NCBI GenBank assembly: GCA_030141605.1
Contig: JAQGDQ010000004.1
Location: 1,736,001-1,800,000 of the forward strand
DNA: 64,000 nucleotides
Reading direction: 5' to 3'
DNA from: Tubiluchus corallicola
Lineage: Eukaryota > Animalia > Priapulida
The notes beneath the pieces are model-generated. The model made no database searches. It saw only the letters and a list, made by a program, of their open reading frames with translations, and had not been told where the DNA came from. Below are positions 12,915 through 25,700 of this stretch, one piece after another (position 1 is the first letter of the stretch; the number at the start of each line of letters is the position of its first letter). Made by a program: the position numbers and the translations under genes.

Positions 12915-13871
12915 GCTAATGCTCTTGGTCTAAGTCAGTTGTGCTAGGTTGATTTATGCCCACTCATTAAGCTGACTCTCAGGATAACCTAAACGTGTCA
13001 ATTTGTGATGCATTATAACAGTTACAATTTTAATTATTTTTATAATCTTTATAAATTCAATCATTTCTTATAACAGATAAGCTTTACAATCTTTATTTAT
13101 TGTTAACATAGTCCGATAATAGCTTTGCAGAGCTACCAATATGATGTGTTTACTAATACTGATATTATATTTTTGTACTTACTTGGGTAATGGCATAGAT
13201 GTAACTGACTAGGCAGTGGATTATATGAGCATGAACTTCAGACAGCCAGTAGCTGATGAAGTGAACGACTACCAAACATTTTTAAATTTGGAAATGTTTT
13301 AGTTACACTGGTTTTTTATTATTTAAAAAATATTTTGCCAATTTTATGCTAGATTATTGATCAGACTTTTAGTTAACTTTAATGATAATTTTATTAAATG
13401 CCACACTGGTGCTGTAAATTTTGCCTTTATAGTGAATTGTGTATGGCATGTTTTTGCATCTCCCTTGAGGAAACAAAACTAAACCTTGTTATTGTTTTGC
13501 TTGTGCAGGTATTTTCTGTACATGATAATACTGATACTGCATCATTTTTTGTGAGACAGAGTTAACATATGTGACTCCAGATCTTTGTGTGAAAAACAGC
13601 TAAGTGAGGAATTTATCTTGTGTAAAATATTATACAGGTTTGGATTGAATATTGTTGTTTGGATTTTGTTTTTTAACATAAAGACAATTTGCTGGCAAAA
13701 ATTTTGTTGATGTTTTTTTGCCCTAAAAGCTGATTCTAAAATTCTTTTTCAAAAAGTGTTTTTCAGTTAATATTGTATCATTGTAATGGTTACAGAAAAC
13801 ACAATTGCTTTGCATTTTAGTACTAGCACACAGATACAAGTATTAATTCATAATAACTTTCAATTAATAAG

Positions 13872-13937
13872 AATAAAGCTGAGAAAATCTTTCCAACTAC
13901 TGAAATCATTGAAAACATTGAAAATTTCGTGAATAAA
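13872..13937 (+). promoter_or_regulatory. Candidate polyadenylation signals of Njmu-R1
   Basis: AATAAA at 13872 and 13932, about 1 kb after the stop; the hexamer is common in AT-rich DNA. Confidence 0.3.
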
Positions 13938-15149
13938 GAACGTGCAGGCAGATTTTATTATTTAACATGTAGAAAGTGGCATAACCTTGTTTAGACAATT
14001 TTAAATGAATTTTTTAAAAGGCATTTACTGGACAGATTGCAATATAATACTTTTAGTTTCAGTTTAAGATCATTACAGGCCATGATATTGCATCATTATG
14101 CACAACTAGACAAAAATGAAATGTCTACAATTGTGTAATAACAACATTTCATATTTTTAAAAGAACTTATTAAATACAATTTCTTATAATCAGTTATAAT
14201 GAAGCTGTAAATGGCACCGTAGCACAATATATGAAAATCTCTGCTACATTATTAATATTCTGTGCACCTGCGGGCAGTCAGCTAGGTGTATGCATTGTTT
14301 GTTGCACCATTATAGTGTGAGCAATGAGCTTGCAAACTGTAGCAACTATGCATATTATAACCATGAATATTATAAGTATATATTCAAAAGGTGCGTTTAC
14401 ACATTAACTTCTACAGTTTGTAATTTAAAATGGTTAATGTTTATTCTAAAGAAATACAAATAAATTTGTTAACAGTAACATAGGCTGTTTAGTTTGCATG
14501 TACCTGAATTGCACAATATATGTCTATATCTATATTACCTGCAATGATATCTTTTAATGATGCACATGTAAGCTTTTATTATTATGATGTAATAATAATA
14601 ATTAAAAAAGGTAAAAAACACAATGACAAATAAAGATAATAATAATATTGTATATATATTATTATTACTTTTTCAATATGTCCTTTCCAAAATGAATTAT
14701 TTTATTTCTTTGTTGCTTGTTCTTGTCATATTTTAATTTTATAAGGCAATTGTGTATAAAAAAGATTTTAGCAAATTTACAGACGATAATGGCGTACATA
14801 GATGACAATTATGTTCAAATATTTAATAGAGAACTCTACATTATAACAGAGCAAATGTAATATGCAAGGATATTATATTCTCTGATTATAAAGATTTATA
14901 TTGGCTAATAATCAGTCATGTTAACCAGTGCCCAAATTACTGTTTTTTTCAATTTATTGAAAATGAAGTATAGCTGACTTGACGACCTTTTATTCAATTT
15001 GCTACCTTGTCTCGCTGAGTTTATTACTACATTAATTATTAACCATTTGGGTCAACATATTTTTGTACATTTGATTTGATTTTGATTTAGCGGAAGAGGG
15101 CAGCACAACATCAAACTCAAAACTATATATTTACTGGTCCTATGAAAAA

Positions 15150-15532
15150 AACTACTCGCGGATTAACATTTTGCCAATTTTTTGGACTCCTTAACGCTAA
15201 AAAATTTAATGTTTGAATATTAACTACAAGTAGAATAAAAAACAGTTTTACTGACGTACCACTCATAGGATTGTCGTAGTTTTCAAAGTTACTTAACATT
15301 TTGAAAACCCTGATTTTACTTTCTGGAAAATAGTACGTTCGCCCCGAGTAGTAACACAGATGTAGTAAGGTCAGTTGTGCGTGCCTTTGATTCTGTGTTC
15401 TGAATGCGAGTGTAGTTGTGTTAGTTTGCAGTTGGCGCGGCTTTAGAAACTTTTGCATTGTGATTAGTTGTTATACATCAGAATATTAGAGTAGATACTC
15501 TCAATTTATAAGGATACACTTGTCAGAATTGG
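15150..15532 (+). promoter_or_regulatory. Candidate Lgl promoter and non-coding first exon
   Basis: Local CpG retention; Inr-like TCAGTT at 15371-15376; donor-like GG|GTAAAC at 15533; the ATG exon has an acceptor (ttcag| 16628) that needs an upstream exon or a trans-spliced leader. Confidence 0.3.
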
Positions 15533-16655
15533 GTAAACTTTTTCTGTCGTTTCTTCAAGTTTAAATTTGTGTTTATTCCTAAAATGGGAAAGACGCGACA
15601 GTTGGTTACAGTGGTCGTCACTCCGGCACGTGTTTAAACTGGGTGACAACTTATAAATTATGACATTTTACCGACATAAATTAATTAATAACAGTAGAGA
15701 GTTTGGGATATATTATTTCCAAAAGGCAAAGGCACATGTAGATCCACTATTTCACTTCAATGTTTAACGAACACATTAATACCGGCAAAACGGTATTCTG
15801 TGCTAACTGTGTTATGGGTATTCAAATGTTAAATATTTTGGAAAGTACTAAGAAGGCTACTGCTGTTAGTTACTAATTTATCTCAATCATGACAGCTTTA
15901 CTAAAAGCAATCAATGAGTTAATGTTAAAGTTAAGTCATTTTTTGTTATAATTCTAAATGCTAAGCCTAAAGATAGTGGGAGGTTTTGAGGTTAATAAGG
16001 CTTTTCCATTGTTTGGTACCCTGATTAATTTGGGTTTCATTAGCTTTTTATATTGTTATGTACATGCTTATTTTATTCAATGGTATTATTGTATTAATTA
16101 CTCTGTACAAATAAACATAGGCATTGTATTTATGAGAGTTGTGACTGGTGACTTAGTCTGCAGTTATATGCAGACAAACCAGAAAATGCAGTTTTAATCA
16201 TCAAATAAATTGACAACACAGTGTTGTAGACTGCAGTGTGAATTTGCTCTAGATTTTACTTGTTAATTTTATCGCTATCATGCCGTAATTTGAAGTAGAT
16301 TTCAAAATAAACCATTTCACTCGGCTATCAGTGTTAGTACCCAGGTATTTGTGGTCGACATTTATATCTATATCTATTTTCTGGTAGCAGGATAACTGTA
16401 CAAGTAGAAAAAATCTTGGATCCTCCCAATTTAAGATATCAGTCTCATCTTGAGTAATTCTGGCAATGTGGTAACGTTACATTTATAAAATATTGGCTGT
16501 AGGTTAAGTTAGTTGTTAGTAAATTGCATTTTCAATAAAATGTTGTTACGAAATTTATTTAGGTTGTCATTGTATCGCAAAAAATTACTAAAATAATTTC
16601 AGAATGATTTTCTTGATTTCACATTCAGGAGGGACCATATTCATGACCTGAGATC

Positions 16656-16742
16656 ATGTTGAAGTTTCTCAAGACTCGAACGCATCACCACGATAGTGAA
16701 GCTCGCCAAAAACTGCAGCGTGAATTATTTGACTATCAACAG
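16656..16742 (+). CDS. LLGL: Lgl coding exon 1
   Basis: [29 protein letters not shown]|gtatgc. Confidence 0.9.
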
Positions 16743-19700
16743 GTATGCACTAACTAAATGTAACTTTGCGTAGGCAAGTTGGACACAAGTCACTCCCGTA
16801 TGTTAAAGAAGTATGCCCTACACATAGGATGTTGTGTATGCATGTGCACTAAGTATCATGTACACAAATTTATCGAAAAAGATTGCGATTTAAATTCATT
16901 TGCTTAAAAAATAGGAAGGAATATTCGTGAGTTATGATTAATTTGTATAATAATCTTAAGTTGTGATCAGGTTGTAAAGTTGAGCAGTGGTAAGTTGCAT
17001 AAGTCCTAAATCGATGACAGCTTGTATTTTATCACATTTTAGTATTTAGGGTGAAACATAGATATTAAAATTAACAATAGCTATATAGTTGTGTTTTGTT
17101 TAAAATTGGTCCAAGAGGGCTTAATAACTTCAATTCATTTTAACTTTCAAAGTCTAGAACCATTCTTTGTAAGGAAAAACCATCCCTTATAAACTATGTA
17201 ACTACTTTGCAAAATTTCGCATTTTGTTAGCAGTACGATTACTAGCTAATAACTATACTGGTGCTCAGAAACTAATCTTTATGACCTCAAGTAAAATTTA
17301 GGAGGACAAGGCAAATTACTGCTTTTTTATTCTACACGTCATTCCCACATCTATGCCAAAGTTTTTGTCAAGATAAGAATTGTACCACACCACATTTTTG
17401 TCTATGGAAAAATATAAAATGCACACTTGTTTTTTGTTATATTAATTTTATTGTGCTAGAAATCCTGGATTGATTTGCCTAGTAGGTTTTGCTGCCCAAC
17501 AGTACACTTGAGCCTAGCTGCTGTATTCCAGCATAATAGGCACTTCAAACTATTTGCATTTGATATCTTTGGAATGGAGAATAATGAGTGGTACTCTTTG
17601 TCCTATCTTAAGCCAACAAAGCTATCTACTTAAATTTTACTTATAGGACATTTATGAGTTAATTTGCTAGTATCGTTTTTACTCTGAATAAGTGCTACTC
17701 AATATATTTTTTTGAGAAATTGCAGCTACAAATGTTTTCAAGTATTATATATGCATGTTTGTTTATAACATGCACAGTATTTTACATATTAGTTTTAATT
17801 TAAGCATTAAAAAGCAATTGGCAGTCTAGCTGCATGAATAATTAAGCTTTATGACATTTGTGATCAGTCAGCTACCTGCAAATTCTTGTAGTAAATTGAA
17901 AAATGGTTAGTTAAAAGAGTTCACAAAGGAGTTGTAAATTTTGTAATTCTTTACTAGAGTTGAGTGCTGCTGCTTGTGACTGTGTGTGTATATATTCTAA
18001 ATCTGAAAAGCCCCAACTTTTCCTTTTATGAACTCATTAAATTTTTGCAGATGTTTTAGCTATTTGTAAAAGCTGTCTGCTACACAGATTTAAGAGTTTT
18101 AAGATATTTGTTACCAAGTACTATTCTTACCTATTGCTATATAAATTTATCAGTCAGTTGAGCAAGGAAGCTTGGTTCTTTCTTATTTGCCTTTTAATTA
18201 ATGGACTTGTAAGGAAACGCTAAACTACCAATATGTTTGTATTGTACTGTCTTTCTTTTTTCTTTTAGACTGTAAACCATGGATTTCCACATCATCCCAG
18301 CGCGTTAGCATACGATCCAAAATTAAACCTACTTGCCATTGGGACACGGAGTGGTCATGTTAGGATGTATCCTTTCTTTTATTTACCTAAATAGTAGTCA
18401 TACATAAGGCACATAATTGGTGAAATCCTAGTAAGTATGTAATTTAGATTTAGGTATACATGACATCGCATGACAAGTAGTATTGTGTTAGCTATCTGGG
18501 AATTATACAGGCATGTATATACATGCTAGATTCTAACCTATCTTGTCTTTCAATATTTGGCCATTAATAATAGAAGTGGATACATACAGTACAGCATGCT
18601 TTGTAACTCCTAAACGTACATTTTGATTATGCATTATGTAGGTTTAGAAATAGCAAAAAGTAGCCAAAGATGGCAAAGGTGGGAAAATGTTTTAAAAAGA
18701 TGTTATTGCATTTTGGAGAAACTATTTAATTACAACAATTAAATCGTATACATAAAAGTAATGTGTGTGTTTTAAAGAAAACCAGATTAAGGATTCCAAA
18801 CTGGTGTATGCATTGTAGCTTTATCAAATAGACCTACTTTGTGTTATGAACTGGACAATACTGCAGGGGTAAACCGAGCAATTTGTTAATATTGTAATGG
18901 AAGAATAAGATTTTTCCATTTGTTTTGTTAACAGTGTGTCATTGACAGTTGTGCAAGTTACGGTTCTTCCAATAATCCCAGAGATATAAGCATTAATGAA
19001 TTTTTATCGAAACTTGTTACATATTCGTTTACAAAAGATCTAAACCAGTGTTTTTGCCCAACGCAAAATAAGACAGGTTCGTGACATGAATTACTGCTTA
19101 GTTGTTTATGGCAGCCCTTGAATGCTTTTCTAGGCCAAAGCTGTTTAACTTATTGGTCTTTCTGTATTTAATCAAGACAAATTTTCATCAGTTTGCACGT
19201 TGAGCATTTCTGTGATGAATTCAAACAACCTCTCTGTTTAATTTTGTGTCTATCCCAGCGATTTGCTTATTCTAATTAAATCAACTTAAATTCTCACACT
19301 TAATCACCATTAATCAGCGACCTTTCTGCTGTTGCTTGGCTAAATTGCTTTTCCTTTATGAAAGTTAAATGAACTGTAAAAGCTTTCTGACTAGTATTTA
19401 TTTTCTGTATTATTCACTACGGGCTTATAACAGACCCGTTTAATCTCTACATCATTTCAGCAATTGACATTTAGTGACAGGATTGTACAATAAATGAATC
19501 AAGTTGTTCTTGTTCTGACATTCAGTAGAGGTAAATGAATATTACCGCTTTCATGCTGCAACATCTTTTTACGCGTTACTACTTGGTGATTTCATCCTGC
19601 CTCCCGGAAGGCGTATACATGTTCGGGTTGCTTTCGTTATAAAATCGAATACATTATATCGCTCGAATTTGACGTCGGTGGATTGCCACGCGTTCATGAT

Positions 19701-22700
19701 TAATCACGTTGTAGCTTTTGCTTTTGCCCTAATCTAATGTATGCAGAGATAGGTGTTGAGTTAAGGGTGTTTAGAACTTTGGATCCTCCTCATTGCCTGT
19801 TGGTTAAGTAGCTCAAGCTGGAGCTATTTTTGGTCCGGTAATTCTAGAAAACTGGCATGTTCGGCTAACCCGGCAGAGAGCCACATGTGCACAGTGGGGC
19901 ACCGCAAAAAGGGTGCAGATCCGTATTTTTGGCTAACTGGCCAAAGCAACTGTCTAGCCATCTCTATAAATCATCTCTAAATGCGTTCTGCACATCGCTA
20001 AATACCTTCAGGTAATGGTCTGTGTTTTACAGCGGTTAACTACAAAACGATAGAAGACGGGGTACACTACGACAGCCTGTTGTGGTTCCGCTACTTATGA
20101 AGCCACTCTGTACTGCATGCCATATAAACAGATTGGGTGTGTTTCATAAAAAGAAAAGCAAGAATATTCCATACTTCCCTACGATTTTTGACTGTATAAA
20201 TCTGTCTGGGCTGTTATCAGGGGAATCTATTACTCATGAGAAGGTCTATCGAAAACGTTTTTATGGACGCTGGGATACATACTGGCGAGGGGCTACTAGG
20301 TTAGCTTAAACTTTGTCCCGCTGTCAGTGTTTGTTGAATGTTATTTTCTGTTATGACTCGAATTGTGTGATTGTTGAAAAGTGTGCGCTACAGTTTAAAA
20401 TTTGAAGTATGCTGCTGCCTAACGCATGACTACCATAGTGAGGTTGCTTAGGAAGTTTGATAATAATATGCTGTATTCAACTTTAGATGTAATTCCAAGT
20501 TGTAGTTGCAAGGAATTATTCAGATTGAAATTTTAGCTTTTAGTAATCATTTAGTAATCCTTTGTATTTACAACTGCTAGCAACAAATATTGCAATGTCA
20601 GTAATCTAAATTAAATTATTTAGCTGTGTAATAAAATTACATTGCCAGTTAGGTTATATTTGATTTTTGGCTGTTTAGATTCTTTGACCTTAACAATAAG
20701 ATTTACACAAAATTTGAAAATTGTAAACGTGCATTTTGAAGTCTGTAGAAGCTGAAATTAAGTTCTTTTTATACCCTAAACTATTCTATATTTCTATGTT
20801 GGTACAAATGAAATTGAACTTTCTTCCTTATTTTGTAGTGCATTTGCATTTAAAAAATTGTTGGACTGTTTTTAATAGATGGTTGATTCTCGAGTTTTGG
20901 ATAGAGAATAAATTTTTCACAACTTTCTTTACTTTATTTGCTAACATATACTTTATTTATTTGCAAGCGTGTAACAATGATACTGATGTGTCTCGTTTAA
21001 AATGGAGAAAATGATGCGTCAATGGCAAGGTACCAATGCACCACGATCAATCGGTCTCATATGGCTATCTGAAATTATGCAATAGTAAATCCGCTCGCCA
21101 TGTTAGTAATACATGTTGACCAATTTCCGTGAATCGATATCCAATTTAGATACAAATTACTATATTATTAACTGCAAGTCACTAAATTGCTTCCCCAGAC
21201 AGCAAAGATTCCATTTTTTACAAGCTAAAATAAGTTGCATTAGTTAAACCCAATCCTGCAACCCACGAGTTTTTCTTTTACTTTATGTACTGAGCTAAGC
21301 AGCTACTTATGTATACTTCGATTTGAATTTTGATATGTGGCACGTGTGATGAACTCATTACATGCCCAGATGAATTTGTTATTTCAGTTCTATTAAAGCT
21401 GAGCATAATGTGTGTGTAATAATTGGACTGTATATCACGCGAATTAATCTAACTGAAAGCATTCCCACTTAATTTTTTATCTAAAAAAGGATGTCTGTCA
21501 TCTCTTTGTTCTAAAGCATCCGTATTGGTAGCCGCCGCCTCTGCAACGCTAACTGTGTTGGTTTTACACTTGAGTTGTACACATTATCATGTTATTGACC
21601 TTCTCATTCAATTAGATGATATTTACCCTTAAGCACTATGGGATATCCTAGCAATGGTGAATAGGTTAGGGCACATGGTGATGCCTTATATAGCACCACT
21701 GTTGCTTGCCAAGATTTGAATTTTCAGCACTCATTAATTAATTTGTATCACAAGTTCACTTTTAATCTTGATACTTTGGATTTATTTTTAAATGCTGTAT
21801 TATTATAAAAAAATTACGGTTAAGCAGTTTGCCCGATTTTATTAGTTCGAATTTCCATTATTTAGGAGTTATATGACTATTGTCTGTTTATAAACAAAAG
21901 ATTTTGTTCGGGCATTAAGTTTACATATTTTGTAAGAGTGCAATAAAAGTTGCCCAGTAATTTGAATCCCTGTGTGATGTAGTTAACAAAGTCATAGCTC
22001 AACTGACAAAGTTCTTTTTGTCAACCAGACTGAAGCTGTTGAATTGTAGAATTGTTATAATCACAATCATACTTAAGGAAACTGAATAAATTCCTAATAA
22101 AAGGCTAGTAACTGCGGTAACTAAAATTTTTGCAATAAAATCTTGATGTGAACTTTACATTGAGTTGCTTATCGCTTTATGAGCCTCAGAACAGCCAGCA
22201 TGTGTACAAGCAAGGACTACCCGTTGACCACTGTTAGTTGTTTTGTCTATTACCGAAATGTTGTCTCTTGCTTTTGTAAAAGTTTGCAGTTCTTCACGAT
22301 GCTGCACTCCCTGAATACTGTACTATGAGGTGGTTCGTTCGACAGCTGTCTCTGGGTGTCACATTATTATGCATTCAGGGATCACGAATTGAATAACTAG
22401 TCTTCCCTGCCGAGTAGGCGACTCTTGTACACAAAGTCAGAATAAAGGATTGTAACAAACTTACAGTTATAAACAAATTGAGTAACACCTTTTCAATGTT
22501 TAGTATTCTAATTATATGGGTACTTCAAAATTACACAGCGCATGGAAGATTTTTGCAAAATAAAACAAAACAAAAAAGAAGCGAAAATGCCATCGTTTTT
22601 GAATACAATTCTAGTATCATCAAGAGAATTTACAGTTGTTTATGTCATGATTTAACTGCTACATTAAGTTGTACAACGGTTCTGTCTCATTTAGATTTTA

Positions 22701-25700
22701 ACCATGTTTTACTTTTTGGCTTACCTACTGCAACGCTGAAATCTATGAAAATTGTTCAAAACATGGCAGTCAGAACCATTTCAAAATTATCAAAATATGA
22801 TCACATTACTACGGCTCTTAAGCTGCTGCTTTGGTTGCCAGTTCGCACACAGTTTAAATTTCTTGTTCTTACTTTTAAATCACTAAAAAGGGAAGCGCCA
22901 TTATTTTTGACAGAGATGTTTGAGTTCATTTCTTCAACATATACTTTGAAATCTATTAACAATCTATACCTTAAGATACCGGAAACTAAGTGTGTAACAT
23001 TAGGGGATAGAGCTGTCAGTGTTTCCGAGGCACGTTTATGGAACCAGTTGCCTATGGCTCTAAAACTGACTACAATTGTTAAAGAATTTAAGAAACTACT
23101 TAAGACTCGCCTGTTTCAGCAAGCATTTGTGTAATTTTAATAGTTGAATTATCCATATTTGGCAAATAAATGTTTCTACATCAAAATGGAATTTATTGCC
23201 GACTGGTTTCGAACAAAACTGTTTTCTTTATCAAGGCATCTAAAACAAAGAAATTTACCAGAATTCCCAGCTCGTACAATGCCATCAGTGCACTGTGGTA
23301 TGTTGGATTCAATAAGAAAATGGCAGCTCCCTAATATTGACAGTTCTCTTACTACTGTTTGCTTGTGGAGTGTTACATAATTTTATACCAGTCAAGATAA
23401 TGTAGTCTGTAAGGTAAATTGTTAAATTATCTATATAGGCTAATGTTATATCATAAATCTTTTGGCTATCAAACTAATGAATTGTATTTCGATGTTGTTT
23501 CTATATTCTCGTAAATTTCTTTGTTATAGATGCCTTGATAATGAACAGTTTTGCTTGAAACCGGTTGGCAATAAACTCCATTTTAGTAGTTTATCATTGT
23601 ATGCAAAAACTTTTTACTACTGTAGTCATGTAATTTTTACTGATGATTTTTCTTGTGATTTTGTGCTCCTTGTGATATTTTAAAGTGATTTTTACTTTTT
23701 AGATGGTTTCCTTTTATTTTGTACATAACTATTGATAATATTTTAATATTGTGACAAGTGCTTATAAGTAAATAAACTGTGACTGTAAACTGTAATATAT
23801 GAATTACCTAACAGTAACAAAGTGTAGCTAATTCCAGCTTAATTATTTCATAATAGGTGCAGTCAGATACTCATTCTAAAGGTTTGTAAAGGTACGCACT
23901 TATCATATCAACAAAGTAAGTTTGGTTTGTCTATAAAATGCCCGACAACTGGCCAATGGTCATCTGTGATTGTGTATATCTGCATCTGCTACAGTTGACA
24001 GCTTACTTCCTGCCATCAGTAACAGAATGTAACATCTGTCTACTCATCCATCAATCTGTAATTTCCGCGCAGAGCCCTTTCCCCCTGCATATAGTTTATT
24101 TAAATGTGGTCACAAAGAGATACTATATATTCAGCAGCAAATTCTTTGTCCACTACTGTTCTCTGCTTCTTTGCCCATGTCATTCCCCTCTCTTCCCTCC
24201 CCCTCTCTCTTTCTCTTTCTCTCCGTCTCTGTCTCTTTTCAGTGTTTCGTCCAATGCCACGATTCCGCGAATGATTGGAGCAACAGGAAATAGTTGAAAT
24301 CGAAATCGATCGGCATTCAGCAAATTCGAAACATAGACTATTCGAATCTCGATTTATTTTACTAGAGAATTCTGTTTGATTGAGAAAACTAGAGGGACCG
24401 GAAATTGAGAAATCCCTGTCTACTCTATATGCGTGTTTTTAATAAAATCCTACACTTTCTGACTGCTGTGTCATTAGATAGTTCTTGTTTTTCACCTCTT
24501 GGATGTCTGTATCTTCACTAGTCTATCAATGCATGGGGGACTGTAAATTAGAAAGGTGCTCACACCAGATTTATCATTTGCCTGATACATTACCGTAACA
24601 AACGCGAGTAATAAGCCAGTTGCCGCTAATAAGCACTAACAGTGTGAGCTGCATAACTGTGACCAGAGTAATATTAATGAAGCTTATAGAAGCAGGCACA
24701 GATGTTCATAATGAGCTGGATTCTGAGGATTATTAGACTAAATTTATTTGTTCCTAAACAATGGGAATTAAAATGCTATCTTAGAGGCGCAATATAAGGC
24801 AATAAAAATGCTTAAAACAATGTTATTTATTGCATAAAAAGTTGTGTATCTGCTTAGGTGAAGTTTATATACAGTACTGATACGACCATATTAGAAAAGG
24901 GTGCTGGATAATATTTTAATAATTATCTTTTCTTTCCATTTTTCTTTCCCTTTGATCTTTGTTCGTTTATTCATCTGTCTTTTGTGGTGTAACTTTTTTC
25001 TTCCGTTCTGTATTATTGTTTCGCCTTGAGTTTTCGTTTTTATCGATTTTTTCTTTTTTCTTCGAGTTTGCTAGGACTGACAAAATAAGCCGAAAACACT
25101 AGGAACTACACTTAATATCAAGCTGGCTTTCTTTCGTCAATATTGGCTTTGTGTTGGCGGCTAGCTTAATCAGAAAACTAATGCTTTGATGGTAGTGCAG
25201 TAGCAGCTATCCTAGCTGCCTAAAAGACAATAATCATCATTAGTAGTACTTGGTTTGATTACTCCATGGTTTCAAGATCCTCCTTCACTCAGACGTCATG
25301 TGACTACGTCTGTTCGTCTGCCCACCTGGTACTGGTGGAAATGTCAGGAGCTAATTATTGTTGTATGCTGCAGTAATGCTGGTATTGTTTAAGCTTACTG
25401 TATAGAAGCATCGAATGCTTGTCTGTAAAACGTGTAGCACCTGCAAAATGAGTAAACCAATATTGTATTATGTGCGAAATCGCCTTACTGCATTAGATAT
25501 CAATTGTACAGTGTTTTTTCATATTAAATTGTTTGCAAAAGTATTAATAAAATCTAAATAAATCTAAATGGCTGTTTAGCGACTAACACTTCAGGTAAGG
25601 ACAGTACAATAACAATATAGGTAAGTACGCAATATACAACCAACCTATAACATGTCGTAGTATAACATTTCGGGTATATGTCCTGGTGTTGGCAACCGCT

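Noticed and set aside
16795-16818. miR-1-like TAAAGAAGTATG
   Set aside because: The seed (GGAATGT) is absent and no hairpin partner is visible.
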